From the NCBI RefSeq assembly GCF_964355755.1, contig NC_092677.1, forward strand, positions 19,366,101 through 19,430,100: DNA of 64,000 nt. Reading direction: 5' to 3'. The position numbers were made by a program, and so were the translations under genes. The notes beneath the pieces were generated by a model. It ran no database searches. It was not told the origin of the DNA and saw only the letters and a list, made by a program, of their open reading frames with translations. This stretch comes from Antedon mediterranea (taxonomy: Eukaryota; Animalia; Echinodermata). Shown here one piece after another: positions 35,556 through 48,716 of the stretch; position 1 is the first letter of the stretch, and each line of letters begins with the position of its first letter.

Positions 35556-37839
35556 TATATAACGTTTTAAAACTCCACAAATTAACGTTTTTAATTAAAA
35601 AAAATAGCGTTTTTAAAACCAAAACAATATGTTAAAAAACATCACTATAACGTTATTTCAATATCATTATATCATTATTTTGCTCTATATAAGTTTAAAA
35701 TTTGTGCTTTAAACGTTGAAATAAAACGTTTGCAAAACTCCACAAATTCATGTATTAAAAACGAAATATTATAACGGTTTTTGAACCAAAAAAATATGTT
35801 AAAAATATAGTATTAAATAACGTTATTTGATATAGAAATATTACAGTATAATTTAAAAAAAAAAAAAAATCCAAACCCAAACCAGTACGTTTTTATAACG
35901 TTTTTTTAACATAAAATTGTTATTTGGGTGTTACATTCTATGACACATAGTAAGCACAACTCAGCAGCACTAAAGTGTATATTCATCAGGTAGTAGGATG
36001 GAATAGTCAACGTTTTGCACAAATATTCTAATGTATTAAAATTAAATGTCAAAATTAGCTTTTATCACAATAATCACCTATAATTCATCAAAGTGATGAA
36101 TTAAATTCTAGTTACAATTAAAATGATACACAACCCAATAACCAGAAAAGATTGTTGTTGGACTTCACAAGCTACATCTACTGTATTTCGGCTTCGGTTA
36201 CATATATTTGCTGTCCGGAATAATAATAATACAGTACAGTATTTAAATACTGTATTATTATTTTTAAAAACAGTTTTCTTCCATAGTTAAAAAAATATCA
36301 ATAACTAAAGTTTCAGTCTTTTTGCCTTTTGCCTTTTTAGTTGTTTTTATTTTATTACTTTTAATATTAAGTTATTCACTTTTTCAGAAAAAATAAGCTA
36401 ATTAACAGTGGGACAGCCAGTCGACAAATCGTGTCAAATTTCGACTCGGAGAGGGCGCCCTACTTTTCTAATTTAGTTCAAAATTGCTAAATTTTAGGGT
36501 GTTGGAAAAACACAATATTTGTAAATTTAGCTGATTATCCGAAAAATATTGTTAGTGAAATAAATTCATAAATGGTTTTAATATATTGTCATGTAAAATT
36601 AAATGTATTTGAACAAAACGATAATCTGTAATTTAACGGCAAAATCAACCAATGTCTTTTTTCCGAAATTGTACCCTAGAAAATCGTTAAAATAAAATAT
36701 TTAGAAAAATTGAACAGTCCTGAATTTAAAATCCCTGTTAAACAAGCACGAATGTGCAATACTCGGGGTACAGCGAAAGAAGCTGTAATGACGTCATAAG
36801 ACCAGATGTAACGTCACATACACATAAAAAACCGCACTACCAAATACGGCTATACGATACCATCTTCGAGACGTCATATGGCTGCATCCGGTATGAAATT
36901 AAAAAATCCGGCTCTCTATAGCTTTGAGGACATGTCCCTGTAGTATATTCATGCTAAATCCGAGCTCAATACTACAACGAATAAGGGAGGAGTAGTACTT
37001 TATAAATTGCACTTTTTGCTCAATAGTGTCCGGATGGAGGAGAAGGAGAAAATGAGTAAGTACTAGACTCGTGTACCCTGAGTAAAAAATTAATAATCTA
37101 CAGAATACGATATTAAGATACAAAATTCGGTGGTTGGGATGCAGCTCCGACTATTCAAACTAAAGGTACCACTATTTGTTCCATCGAAAACTAGCGAAAC
37201 CGCCATTTTGTAAACACATCGTCATCGTGTTTATGAATTTATTTATAGCGAACGATATACGCGATGTTTATAATTGTCCGCGTATAAGAATTTATATAAA
37301 TAAATACATTCCAATAAAACGTATATTATTACTTGTTTATTTATCACAGTATAAATTTTAGTTGAGGAATATTTATCATAACTATTATAATAGCTTTTAT
37401 ACGAGTCCGAGGCCTAGCCCTATTAGCGAGCGATTGTTCCTGGGTTTTCTCACACATTAAGAATTGTGAAACACAAAATCCTATACAGAACAAGAGTAGT
37501 AAAGAGTAGTAAAGCGATGTGCAAGCTTAGACCTGACTGAAAAGCAACTATTCAGGCACCCTATCATGGCCCATGGGTAGGCCAAGGTCGGGTGCTAGCA
37601 AAACAAACTTCACTGCTGTCAGCCTAGCCTAGCTAGAGGCCAAGCAGCAACGGTACATACCTACACTCTAGTAGGCCTGGCCTAGCTTTATTGAATATAT
37701 AGCCACGTCTTTCTCAAATCTCGTTAAATTTGACATTTTAGTAATAGTCTAATAATCACATTATTACACTGTGAAACATAATAGGGTCATATTCAGAATG
37801 TTTTAATATACTTTTCGCCCGTCAAAAATAACCATGCCG

Positions 37840-39560
37840 AAACTTTCCCTCTTACCACTCTACCCGTCAAATGATGCTTTAGACGGGTACTGAAACCAGG
37901 TTTTGCCTGAGTCTAATCGATCTAATCGCATTACACATCAAAAGAATAGGCCGCGCGACCTTACAAAGTGTCAATAAATCACTGGGAAATGTGTCCGATC
38001 AAATTACTCTCTCATGGTCAAATGAAGTGACTGAATGTTTGAAAATGTGTTTTTCTATAAAATAATAGTAATATCATTTGTTTAACCATGAATAAAAAGA
38101 AAAAGTGATATATCAGCAATTTCAAATCGTAAAAATTGATTAATTCTACGCGAAGTTAGAATTCGTTGAAAAATCACGATTTCCAGGCTGTGGAGAAAAT
38201 CGAGCCGGCCAGAGAGACGACACACGAGGTCTTGGCGTATGAATATTTTACAAGCGTGGTACAGTGATTTGTTTTTGAATTATCATGTATTAATATTAAT
38301 AATAAAATGTCTTTAAAAACAATACTGTATGTAGTTTTTAATACCTTTGCCTTTATTTAAGATGTATTAAAATATAAAATCGAACAATTAATTTTGTTTA
38401 CAGTATATACATTACTACTTTATTGTAGCGTAGGTATTATGTTCGTACAAAAACAAAACAATTGTCGCGACAAAACACGTGTGATGTGGGCTTTCCATCA
38501 TGTGTACAGTATTTTGAAAATAATGCCGAAGAAAGCCAAGATGAGGCGAAGCATTCATATAAAAAAAATGAATATTTTAGGCCGGGCCTAGGCCTAGTAG
38601 TGGTATTATGTCATGGAAGTCACTCGCTCGAGTATGTAAATAAAACCTTATTTAACACATTTTGTTACAGTTAATCCGATATTTAGCCTAGGAGTTCCAC
38701 GTATGGACTGCCATGTATCTTCGTTAGATTTTCGTAGGCTACGATATGATGGATTGAGTACTTAATTACAATCGACCTTAGCCTAGCAATAAGCCCGGCC
38801 AAGCCTATACCGATCGTGAGAAGTCGTTTCGTCCTATATATATATATTATAAATATGTTGTTATATAAATGAATAAATATTTGGATTTTGTTACTTTATA
38901 TTCGTTTCAGTTCTATTTTGTTGAGTATTTTGGTTGCTGCCTTTTTTTTTAATGTTCAGTAAAAAAGTTCACAGGAAATACCTAGATAGCTTACATGCTT
39001 TAATCCATTTAGCATTTAATGGGGTCACATGCTGAGTAAAGTCATTAAGGCTGTCACTATCAAGGTCAGGCAAAACCTGGTTCAAAAGTTGGAAATTTGG
39101 TAAGAGGGAAAGTTTCCTCATGACATCGCGACAAAATAACAGATCGCCAGCTGCAGTAGTGTGATTGTGAAAAATGTCGCGTGATCGTACTCCCTAGCAA
39201 AATAAAAAACCCAATTGGACCCGAACGGGGGAAAGTGTCTATTTACGCAAAATTGCGCAATGTATACGTGATAAAAATACCAGAAATAGAAAGATCTGGA
39301 AAAATTACATAAATATACATTTTACATTTTTTTTTTGGTGAAGAAATGAATTTTTTAGGATTATTCAAATATACCCCCCTTTTGCATGTAAAAGAATAGG
39401 AAATTACAAGGTATCCCCTCCAAAACGCAAAAAGGCGTGATTTTCAAGAAAATCGTACTCATTGAAAAAAATTTCAAAAAAATATGAAGTATAAGATATC
39501 TTTAAATAATAGTTGAAATGTATGAGAAATAGTAATTTTCTGGGTGGAGCTCCACTTTAA
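37840..39560. mobile_element. Degenerate DNA-transposon remnant with internal inverted segments and Kolobok-like right end
   Basis: aaactttccctcttacca/aaccaggttttgcctga (~37850-37910) mirrored at ~39065-39115; right end ...ggagctccact|TTAA; matching left end not found. Confidence 0.35.
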
Positions 39561-40656
39561 GGCAGATTTCAAAACAAGTTTAATAGTTTAATAGCTAGTG
39601 ATTCTACTAATTATTTCCACACAAAAAAATTAAAAAACCAACCATATTTTTTTATAATATCATAAAACATATACCGTGACGGAATTTCGCCGAAAAACCA
39701 CCTCATTTTTACCCCTAAACATTTCATTAAAACTCTGTGAATTGTACTGGAAATTAAAAAAATTAATACATTAAATTTAGCCATTATTTAATGTAGTATT
39801 GAACATAAGTTTTTATTTTTAAAAAAAAGTTTCAGTTTTTGATATATAGTAATAATTTGACACATGGTCCGGTGACGGAATTACAGTGACGGAATTACCT
39901 CTGAAATTGAAATCTGCAGACAAACTATTTTTTTTTTTTTGGCCTTATATAGAGTATTTTGAATTAGAAATATTACTAAATATAATAATGAACACATACC
40001 AATATCTGATAAGAATAAAATTACATTTTCTATTATTGTATTGTGATATTTAGGTGAAATATGAATATGATTACGGAATTATACAGTTGAATTAATGTTA
40101 TTTACATGTTTAAGTTAACAGTGACTATTGACCGTATTCCAAAAAAACATTTTATCCCATAGCTCTGTGTAAGTGGTTCTTTAAAGTGATACCTTTCTTT
40201 AGAGTCCATCAATGGTGCTGGGAGTACAGATACAATTTGATCTCTATTAATTATCCCATAAGTCCCAACCAAGTCTTTAACAACAAAAATCTTCCCTTCT
40301 TTATCAAACTTATATAAATCAATAATGTTAAGTTCTGGTTTGTCTTTATGAATGTCATCAACTATTGCAACATAGTTAAACATTTTCTTGCTTCTTTCTA
40401 TGGTATATTTGATAAGAACAAAATCTCCTTTCTGTGCGTTTATAGGTTCATTTGTTTCATTTAAAAAGAATTGTTTATTCCGTACTATATGGGAGTTGTT
40501 CTTTCTGTACAATTGGAATTATTCTGAGAGTGCAAGTGAGTCACATGAATAAGTTTTAGTTATGAGAAAAGTCTGGAAGTTATGTAATAACTTGTTCTGT
40601 ACATTGGACATTGTTCTCATTTAATTAATGGCAGGTGTGATAAATAACAAAATAAA

Positions 40657-41975
40657 CTAGATCTGTAACTCGTCACTTGAGGACGAGTTTGGTTATCCGC
40701 CCGTAACAAAACGTATCTTGCGCATTCAATTACCTTTCAATCATGACTTTTCCAAAAAGTAGCCTATTCGAAATTAAAACTGCCCTTTCATTGTAATAAC
40801 CAAATAAATCCTTTTATTTAATTGTTTTCCCATGACGGGATTCGATCCCGGTACCTCTGATACCAAAGTCGATGGCACTACACATCAACCCATATGAGCA
40901 CCTGCTGAAGAGAATCCGAAGAAAGTTAACTCGTCCATTTGGTATGTCGTGAACCACTCGATGCAAATAGATTATTACTTACCAAACTAAATCATAATTT
41001 TCACTATGATGAAATCTTAACAAATTTTAAACAGTGACATATTATGAAAGTGCACACTTGAAAGTTTTATATATTAACATGTGAAGAAAAAAGATAAACG
41101 TTATGTTTATTGTTTTGCTCTTTGAAAATGTTATTGTTTGTTTAATGATAAACATTTCAAAAATTATATTTAATATGCAAATAATGTAGCCATCAAACAC
41201 GTTTTAACATTCAACACTATAATAAATCAGACCTACAGTATGATTCATACACTGCAAGAAAATAAAATAAAAAATAGGGGGTAACCTTGCATTCTGGTGA
41301 ACTGTATCGTTTTTAAAAGTATACATATTTTGCAACATTTTCACAATTTTTTAACGTTTTACGTGCGCAACCAGTCATGTTTAACGTGCTCGTAGAACGC
41401 CATTTGAAGTTGAAAAGTGAATAAAATAACGTAAAATTGTTAACCAAAGATTGAAAAACACAAATCGTGCAAAAGAAATGCTCATACGTGTTTCCTGCGC
41501 TGTGCGCGCGTAAAAATGTGCGCACCTGGTGGCAATTTTTTAAACGCTTAAAATGACCTGAATCGTGCTCTAATTGAATCAGAAATTGATTTAGAGCATT
41601 TTAAAATTTCAAATGCCGTTTACTCGCGCACTTTCCAATGTTACAAATTTCGGTAGCGATAAAAAAGTTAGCAATTGATGTGAAGCAAACATGGCTGAAA
41701 TTTACGTTAAAAACTATTCATCTGTTTCGAAGTTATGATCAACTTAGGATTTTTTGAAAATCGCGCGTGACTTACGCTACGCGGTTCTGCCAGCGTCCAA
41801 AAGCTTGGCTGCACATCTTCAGCTAAATGTCTAAATGTTTACCAAGTTACAACATGTTATGTTAACAGGTTGCAGAGAAAAGCTGAACACAAAAATCGGC
41901 GGAAATAGAGAAGAATAATAAAAAAAAAGTAACACTACAATTCCAAGGGCTTATCCGCTTGAGGCGGATAACCAA
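40657..41975 (-). mobile_element. Helentron/HINE-like non-autonomous rolling-circle element
   Basis: Minus strand: TT-ggttatccgcc subTIR with nearby inverted copy, distal ggcggataacc subTIR, stem-loop actcgtc/gacgagt, CTAG then T-rich; no TSD. Confidence 0.75.
40830..40902 (-). other. Degenerate tRNA-like (SINE-head) sequence inside the Helentron-like element
   Basis: Minus: gactttggtatcagaggtaccgggatcgaatcccgtcatggg - TTG anticodon arm and B-box-like T arm, poor acceptor stem. Confidence 0.5.
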
Positions 41976-42792
41976 TTATTAGAGTTCCTAGGCCTGAGAA
42001 AAAAATCGAACAAAAGAAGCCATAGATTCATAATAATAAACAACCACATAAACTTTGTACACATTTTGCTGGTAGCTGTGTTTATGCTAAGAAAAAGTTG
42101 CTTAAAAAATGGTTTTGCATCAATACTATGTTAAATAATAGTGTTGTGGAATTACGTAATTCCGCAACCAATGATTTGTGACGGAATTTCAGTTTTAAAA
42201 CTTCAATAACTTAAGAAATAAAAAAAATTAAAAACAATAATTATCATAATATAATGTCTATACTCTTGCTTGATTTGCATTAGTCTTGATTTTTTACAGA
42301 AGTTGTTATTTTATAAGAAATCCTAAAAAAAAACACTTTTTTGTGTCGGAATTACAAAATATGATACATTATTATTATTGGGCCAAAATTAATTAATGTA
42401 AAATCAGAAATAATTTTTTTTTTTGGCTTGTGTCTAAAATGTTATGTACTATTACTGAAATAACATGGATTTTAACTTTTTACACCACTCTGATTATTTA
42501 TTACTAAAGCTGAAAAAGGTCATACATTTCTCATTTTCATTACATTTTTAGGTATTAATTTTTGAATCAAATTTTCCATATCATATCAAGGCGCTAATTT
42601 TTTTTTTTTTCATATAACCTAATTCTCTATAAAATAATCTTTAATTTGATACCAAATATAGTTTGATTGGTTTAATTTGAAAAAATGGAAAAATCCTCTG
42701 CACTATGGAATTGCCCAGTACTAAGTATAATATACTAATACAGTACCGACTACAGTAATACTAATAGGCATACTAATATTAATTTTTTTCAG

Positions 42793-42861
42793 AATGAACA
42801 AGGCTGCATTCAATTACATTGTAGAAGAGTTAAGACCACACATCACCTACAGAGATACTAG
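42793..42861 (+). pseudogene. PIF/Harbinger transposase exon, 5' half (split by Gypsy)
   Basis: ttttcAG|a ATG: MNKAAFNYIVEELRPHITYRDT, continues in frame at 63329 after removing the LTR element and one CTAG. Confidence 0.85.
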
Positions 42862-43445
42862 TGTAATATAACGATATACTTTTATATTTAAGAAATTGAC
42901 CTTTGTATCAGAATTTAAATAGGTTCACAAACTTGACCCAGAAAGTCTAGAGGAGAGTTTGTCCAGATGTTTTAATGACCATTTAGTTTATAATAGAATC
43001 CCTAAAGAAAACACTTAGCTTAACTTTGCGACCGTTCCCATCGTAAAACAATTAGATATTGACAGTTTTAAGCAGAGATTCGACAGGGCCAATTCATCAT
43101 TGTAACCTCCCAGATAAGATCAATCATTCCCACTTAAACACCCCTAGACCAACTTAGGACCAATCAGTAACCTCTAAGATTATGTAGTGACATATGCAAA
43201 TGAACCGAGGGCCAATATACTCCCAAGTTTCAGAAGGGCCCAGACACACCTCACAGCCACTTCTTCAGAAGCAGACCTACACAATTCACACCTCACCGAC
43301 AGCATCATTGATCCTCCGTTCCTTATCTATACTTATAGTTGTATATTGTACTGAAGTATTATACTGAATAAACAATATATGTGTTACGACAGTCAAGCGA
43401 GTAAGAGTCTTCATTAGTACCTCAACAACGCAACACTGTATTACA
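42862..43445 (+). repeat. 5' LTR
   Basis: tgtaatataacg...ctgtattaca; direct repeat of 62740-63324. Confidence 0.97.
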
Positions 43446-43462
43446 TGGTGGAAGACCCGGGC
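43446..43462 (+). promoter_or_regulatory. Primer-binding site (TGGTGGA..., tRNA-Ala-like 3' end)
   Basis: tggtggaagacccgggc immediately after the 5' LTR. Confidence 0.7.
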
Positions 43463-46194
43463 ATTTTTGAACACTTTTTGCATTCCTTTAATTCATTTTT
43501 AATTGGATCCGAAGCATTTGGGGTAAGTCAAAACCATTTTGATTTTTGATTTGTAACCTTGATTGAAAAGTGAGAGTTTACATACATATGGGCAATTCCA
43601 TGCAAACATGTACATGACCAAAAAAATTCAAATTAATTAGTCAGCTCAAAATTTGTGTTTATGTTACTCTTTGAATATGTGGGAACTAGGTTTTTAACTT
43701 TTTCAATTCATTTATGACTTTTTGCAGCCAAAAAATTACGTTTATTCAATGTTGAATATATATATTTTTTTTAGGTGTGAAAAATAGGTAATTACGTTAA
43801 CTGATTATTATTTTCCCAACAAAGCAATATTTATAAAGTAACATGTCTAAGTAATACGGTAGTACACTTAAGATGTATGGAAAATATGATATAACTACAA
43901 ATGTTGAATATCCCATATAGGAGTGCTGTGTATATTCTGTTATATAAAAGGGTATGTAATGCGAGTGACAAAAAAAATGATTTTTTTTTTTTATACCATC
44001 ATGATGATAATTTTTTTTAATGAAATTTTATAATTTAGCTATACTACTTTGAACAATTAAAATTTGACAAATAAAAATAAAAAATCCCCGTAAATACAAA
44101 ATTGTTGAGACATTGAAAAGTGAAATGCGAGTGACATGTAATGCGAGTGACGTTAAAAAATGGACAATGTAATGCGAGTGACATTACTAAAACTCTTTTT
44201 TTTGTAAAGTAAAATAGTAATTAATCTATCATTAGTTATGAATTAGTCCCAGAATTAGTATATACATTAATTTCATAATACAATGTGTGATTTGGCCCTT
44301 ATTTGGAGGCACTACAGTATAATAATTATAGCATTAGGTTTGTTGAGGGCACAATCCCTAGCAACGACCTTTTTGTAGTTAAATCATTTGAAAAATCAAT
44401 CATTATAAGAGCTCATTAAATAAAAAACACTAAATCTGGTGAGATTTAACAAATTTGGTACAATCTTTTGTGAAGATAAGAAGGTAAGAATAAGTATACA
44501 TTTATATTTAATCACAATTTTTAAGTTTTTTTTCTTATATTGTTAGTGTTAATTATTTCAAATTCTATAATTTGAAAACACCGCATATGGGTGTTTCCAT
44601 AAATAAAGGGGCCAAGGTGTGACATTAGGGTCAGAATTTCAAAGTGTGACATTCTAAGTCTAATAATCAATTCTAAATAGTATATCATGTACTTGAACTA
44701 AAAAAAAAAGCAAAATACACATTAAATCTGTTGTCTCTATGTAACAGCATTTATATAGTATCAACATGCATAGCAAATTTCACGTGTAACGGAGACACCA
44801 AAAACACATTATCTACCCCTCTTATAAGTTATTTTTAATAACCTAAAACTGTTTAAATTGGATTTTTAAATAGCTTTTGGGAACATCTTCAATGCAGAAA
44901 AATATCATTTAAATCACACCTTTTCAAATTTAAAAAATAGCTTAAGAAATAATTATGCAAAGCCGTTAAAGTTGACTTAATTTCTATATAAAAGATTTGT
45001 AAAGTCACTGCTGTTTAAAAATTACATGTAAACAATACAGAAATGAACAGAATATACCTCAAGTATATACATTTACTAGCAACAAGTCAAATCAGGATCA
45101 TACCTCTATGTGGAAATAAAACAATATGGTTCATGAAATATAAATGGAAGATTTCACGTGTAACGGAGACACCAAATGTTCACTTTAACTCGTCACAATG
45201 TTTTATGAAATGGTTTGATATGCAGCCATTTTTAAAGTGTAACAAATGTGGTTACTACTGCATACAATTGATAAACTGGTAAAAATAGTATATCAAATAC
45301 TATCTTTTAATCAATAAAACAATATAATTCATGCAATAAAAAATTGAAGTTTTCACGTGTAACAGAGACACCAAAAAGTTAACTTAAATAAGTCAACAAG
45401 AACTACTACATTATTTTTAAAGTGTGACAACTGTAATTACTACTGCACACAACAAACTGCTAAAATATACTATTAATAGTCATTTACAGTAAAATCATTG
45501 AGAATACATTTGGATATACTTCGCATTAACACTCTTGTTCAATCATTAAAACGTATAATCTATATAAATTTACGTAAGGGAAAAATTTGGTAAATCGCGC
45601 ATTACTTCTAAAATGTTTACTCAATGGTATATAAAGTTAGTTCGTACTTTCAGTGCTGATTTTAACCACCTGATGTAACCCTGTTTAATAATTTAATTTC
45701 AGTTATGTAATTTTTTTTTATGCTGAAATTACTGTATATTCGAGAACCGTCTGTGGGCTGATGTTTCTTTGGTTGGTCTTTTTGTTGATGCGGCATCTCT
45801 ATTTTTGGGGTTAAATGCAGTTCTCAATTGGAACGGTAACATTGTTGATAAACTGCTGATCTGTATAGATGAAAAAAATGACAATGAAACATTAGATTTG
45901 CCCATCTGGGTTAAATTTGATTCATCATCATATAGAAATATAAAGTACTGTATGTAATTAAGTATTTTTAATATAAATTATACCAATTTAAATAAAAATA
46001 AATATATCTATTATTATTATAAAATATGTTAGGCCTACTATACTAAAGAAAGTGTTTTCTTATCTTATGTTGATGGATTATAATATTTATTATTATTAAT
46101 TATAAAACAATAAATGAACACTTGTCTTTCTTGAGTTATGCTCATAAATTGATTTGACTAAAACTATTGCTTTCTTTTCAGATTATTAGTTTAA

Positions 46195-47086
46195 GGGTCT
46201 GTTTCTGCTGAAAAAATCAAAATAATCGATTTTTTCCAGTCACCGCAAACCACAAAAATAATCGCGTTGCAATTGAAAATTGCTACGACTTTAATCGGTT
46301 ATTCAGGTAATCGGTTTTTAAAGTCACGTCATCATTCCCCCACAGCGCAGTTCAAGTTATGAAAGGCCGATGAGAGTTGGTTTGTTTACATCCTATCGCT
46401 GCCTAAAACTCTCACATGTAGGATTAAAAATTACTCTTACCTAAAGCTATATTATTTGTAAAATAAACATCTAGGCCTACTACCGTACCACATACAACAG
46501 AATAATGATGTTATATTAATAAGGACACGTCGGCGAAAAAAGTACGTTTCGCCGTTCGTTGGTTCTACCTTCGGCCTATATATAGGCTATATATTTCTAC
46601 CGAAACAAGTCAACAGACAACAGGCCTAAACAATGTAAAACATCGTTAGCCTAGCCTGGTGGTATGTAACGGGTGTACTTGTAACACAGAATCCTGGAGT
46701 CTCTCGGTATAATTCACCCCACAAAATAATAAAAATCAAATGTTTAACATTAATTGATTGTTATTCGGTCTACATCGCGATCGTGGTTTTGCTGATCGTC
46801 GTCGATATCGCGCAAATAAACAGCATGCTTTGTGAAGTGAAGTTTGTCATACTCTAGAGGTCAAAGTGAGGTCAATAATCGCTATTTGTGTTGCAGCTCA
46901 AAACTGCTCCGCAATAATCGGTTAAAACAAGAAATAATCGATTAAAACACGCAATGGATTGAGTGTTTTTAATCGGTTATTTTTAATCGGTTATTTTATT
47001 TTGCGCCGTTTCTGCTGCCCAAAAATAATCGATTAAAAAAATAAACGGTTAATAATCGATTATTTCTGCTCAGCAGAAACAGGCCC
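46195..47086. mobile_element. Harbinger-like MITE
   Basis: TAA|gggtctgtttctgctga ... tcagcagaaacaggccc|TAA; aatcg(a/g)tt subterminal repeats. Confidence 0.9.
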
Positions 47087-47329
47087 TAAAATATTAATTT
47101 TATTCATCAAATATTTATTATTATCATTTTATTATTATAATAAAATTAATATGTTACTGATAATTTTGTCTTAGTTATACTGGGTATAAATGTTTTTTAC
47201 GTATTATTTTTAAATGTTGTAAAATGTCTGTTGACTTTATTTCTCATTCTTTTATAATTGTTTTCAAAACCACATCGGGAAAACAGTAGACTAGTTATAA
47301 TGTTGAAGTCTATGGAATATATTTAAAAC

Positions 47330-47855
47330 GAAGAGTAAATAAAGGTTCCCCATTAAACTAAGCGCGATCTCTTTGTAGGGAGCCGACGAAGGAAGCGTGT
47401 GGGTTTTGGCCAACAAAATAAAGGTTCACCGAACCATGACCGAAATGATACCAGTCACCCCATTTGAGCACCGGGAGTCGCCGAGCCAGCAATCACGTTG
47501 GTTTTCAATAAAAATTAAAAAATAAAGGTTCATCAAAATGAACAGCTAAAAATAAACGCGATCTCAATTTGGAGGAGAATTTTATTAGCCAAGCACGTGG
47601 TGTTTCGGAAAACCCTATTAATAATTATCGTACATGGAGTATACACTGTCGCTGTAGAAATACCGCCGGAGTCGCCGATCTCAATGTGGAGGAGAGTTCA
47701 TTAGCCAAGCACATGATATTTTGGAAAACCCTTAATAATTATCGTACAGACCTGTAGAAATACCAGTCGCCCCTTTCAGCTTCGGAGTCGCCGAGCCAGC
47801 TAAAAATAAACTTATCGCAATGTGGAGCAGAGTTCATTGCCCAAGCACGTGGTAA
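47330..47855. repeat. Degenerate tandem repeats
   Basis: Recurrent ggagtcgccgagccagc, taccagtc.ccc, tgtggag.agagttcatt.gccaagcac. Confidence 0.6.
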
Positions 47856-47868
47856 TACTATCCTATTA

Positions 47869-48716
47869 CCGTATATTTCGGTGTATAAGTCGCACTTTTG
47901 ACACGCAAATTTGACCTCTAAATTAAGGGTGCGTCTTATACACCGAACATAAATGCCTCACCACACAGATTATACATAGGCCTAGGCTATCGTCACCTCG
48001 TTTGCTAGGCCTGAGTAGGCTAGGCCTAGCTACAGTAACTAACTAACGTAACGGCAACCTGCTTCTGCTTAGGCCTAGTTTTCAAGTCATTTTAGCATGA
48101 TGTTATACTAAATATGATGAAAAGATTTGTTCATTATGGCGCTCCGATAAAATTTCATTTGTAAACGTTTACGTCGTACGATTGGAATAGTATTTATTTA
48201 TACAGTAGTTATACGCACGATCGCCGTACCCCAAGCGCAAGCCCTTCTTTTGGTGGCACATGGTGTACGGTATTCGACTAGTATATTCTCCAGGTGATTA
48301 TAGCATGGACCTAGCGTACACACTTATCGGATACATAGATACTAATCGAATACGATTGTCCGTGAAAACGTGCGCCCTCTCGAAATGATCGAGCGAGGCT
48401 AGCCCACACACGTGCGTGTTACACACACGGTCATGCACTCGATGTTGCGGCGAAACTCATGAATAACAAGTTAGAAAGAACTTGTTGAGGCTGGGCGCGG
48501 CCGAGCCTAGGTAAGAAAAAACCTAAATAAAGGACGCCGTTGTAGATATAACAAAATATATTATTACAATAATATTGATTACAATTTAAAAAAACATTTT
48601 TTTGATGAAATATAAGGTGCGTCTTATACATCGACGATATAAAAAATACCGATATTTTACTCTCAGTTGGGGGTGCGTCTTATACACAGGTGCGACTTAT
48701 ACACCGAAATATACGG
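47869..48716. mobile_element. MITE family C copy 3
   Basis: TA-flanked, near-identical to 33145-33992. Confidence 0.95.

Larger units (their letters stand above)
39561..42716 (-). mobile_element. Sola-like DNA transposon remnant with transposase C-terminal fragment
   Basis: Right end atggaattgccc identical to TIR of 43590-51745; gtgacggaatt subterminal repeats; ORF 40102-40512 GDFVLIKY...IVSVLPAP...YHF resembles Sola2-type C-terminus. Confidence 0.6.

Noticed and set aside
32760-48631. Three copies of a 66-aa ORF (MYKTHLIFHQ...)
   Set aside because: Incidental ORFs within MITE family C copies; no recognisable domain
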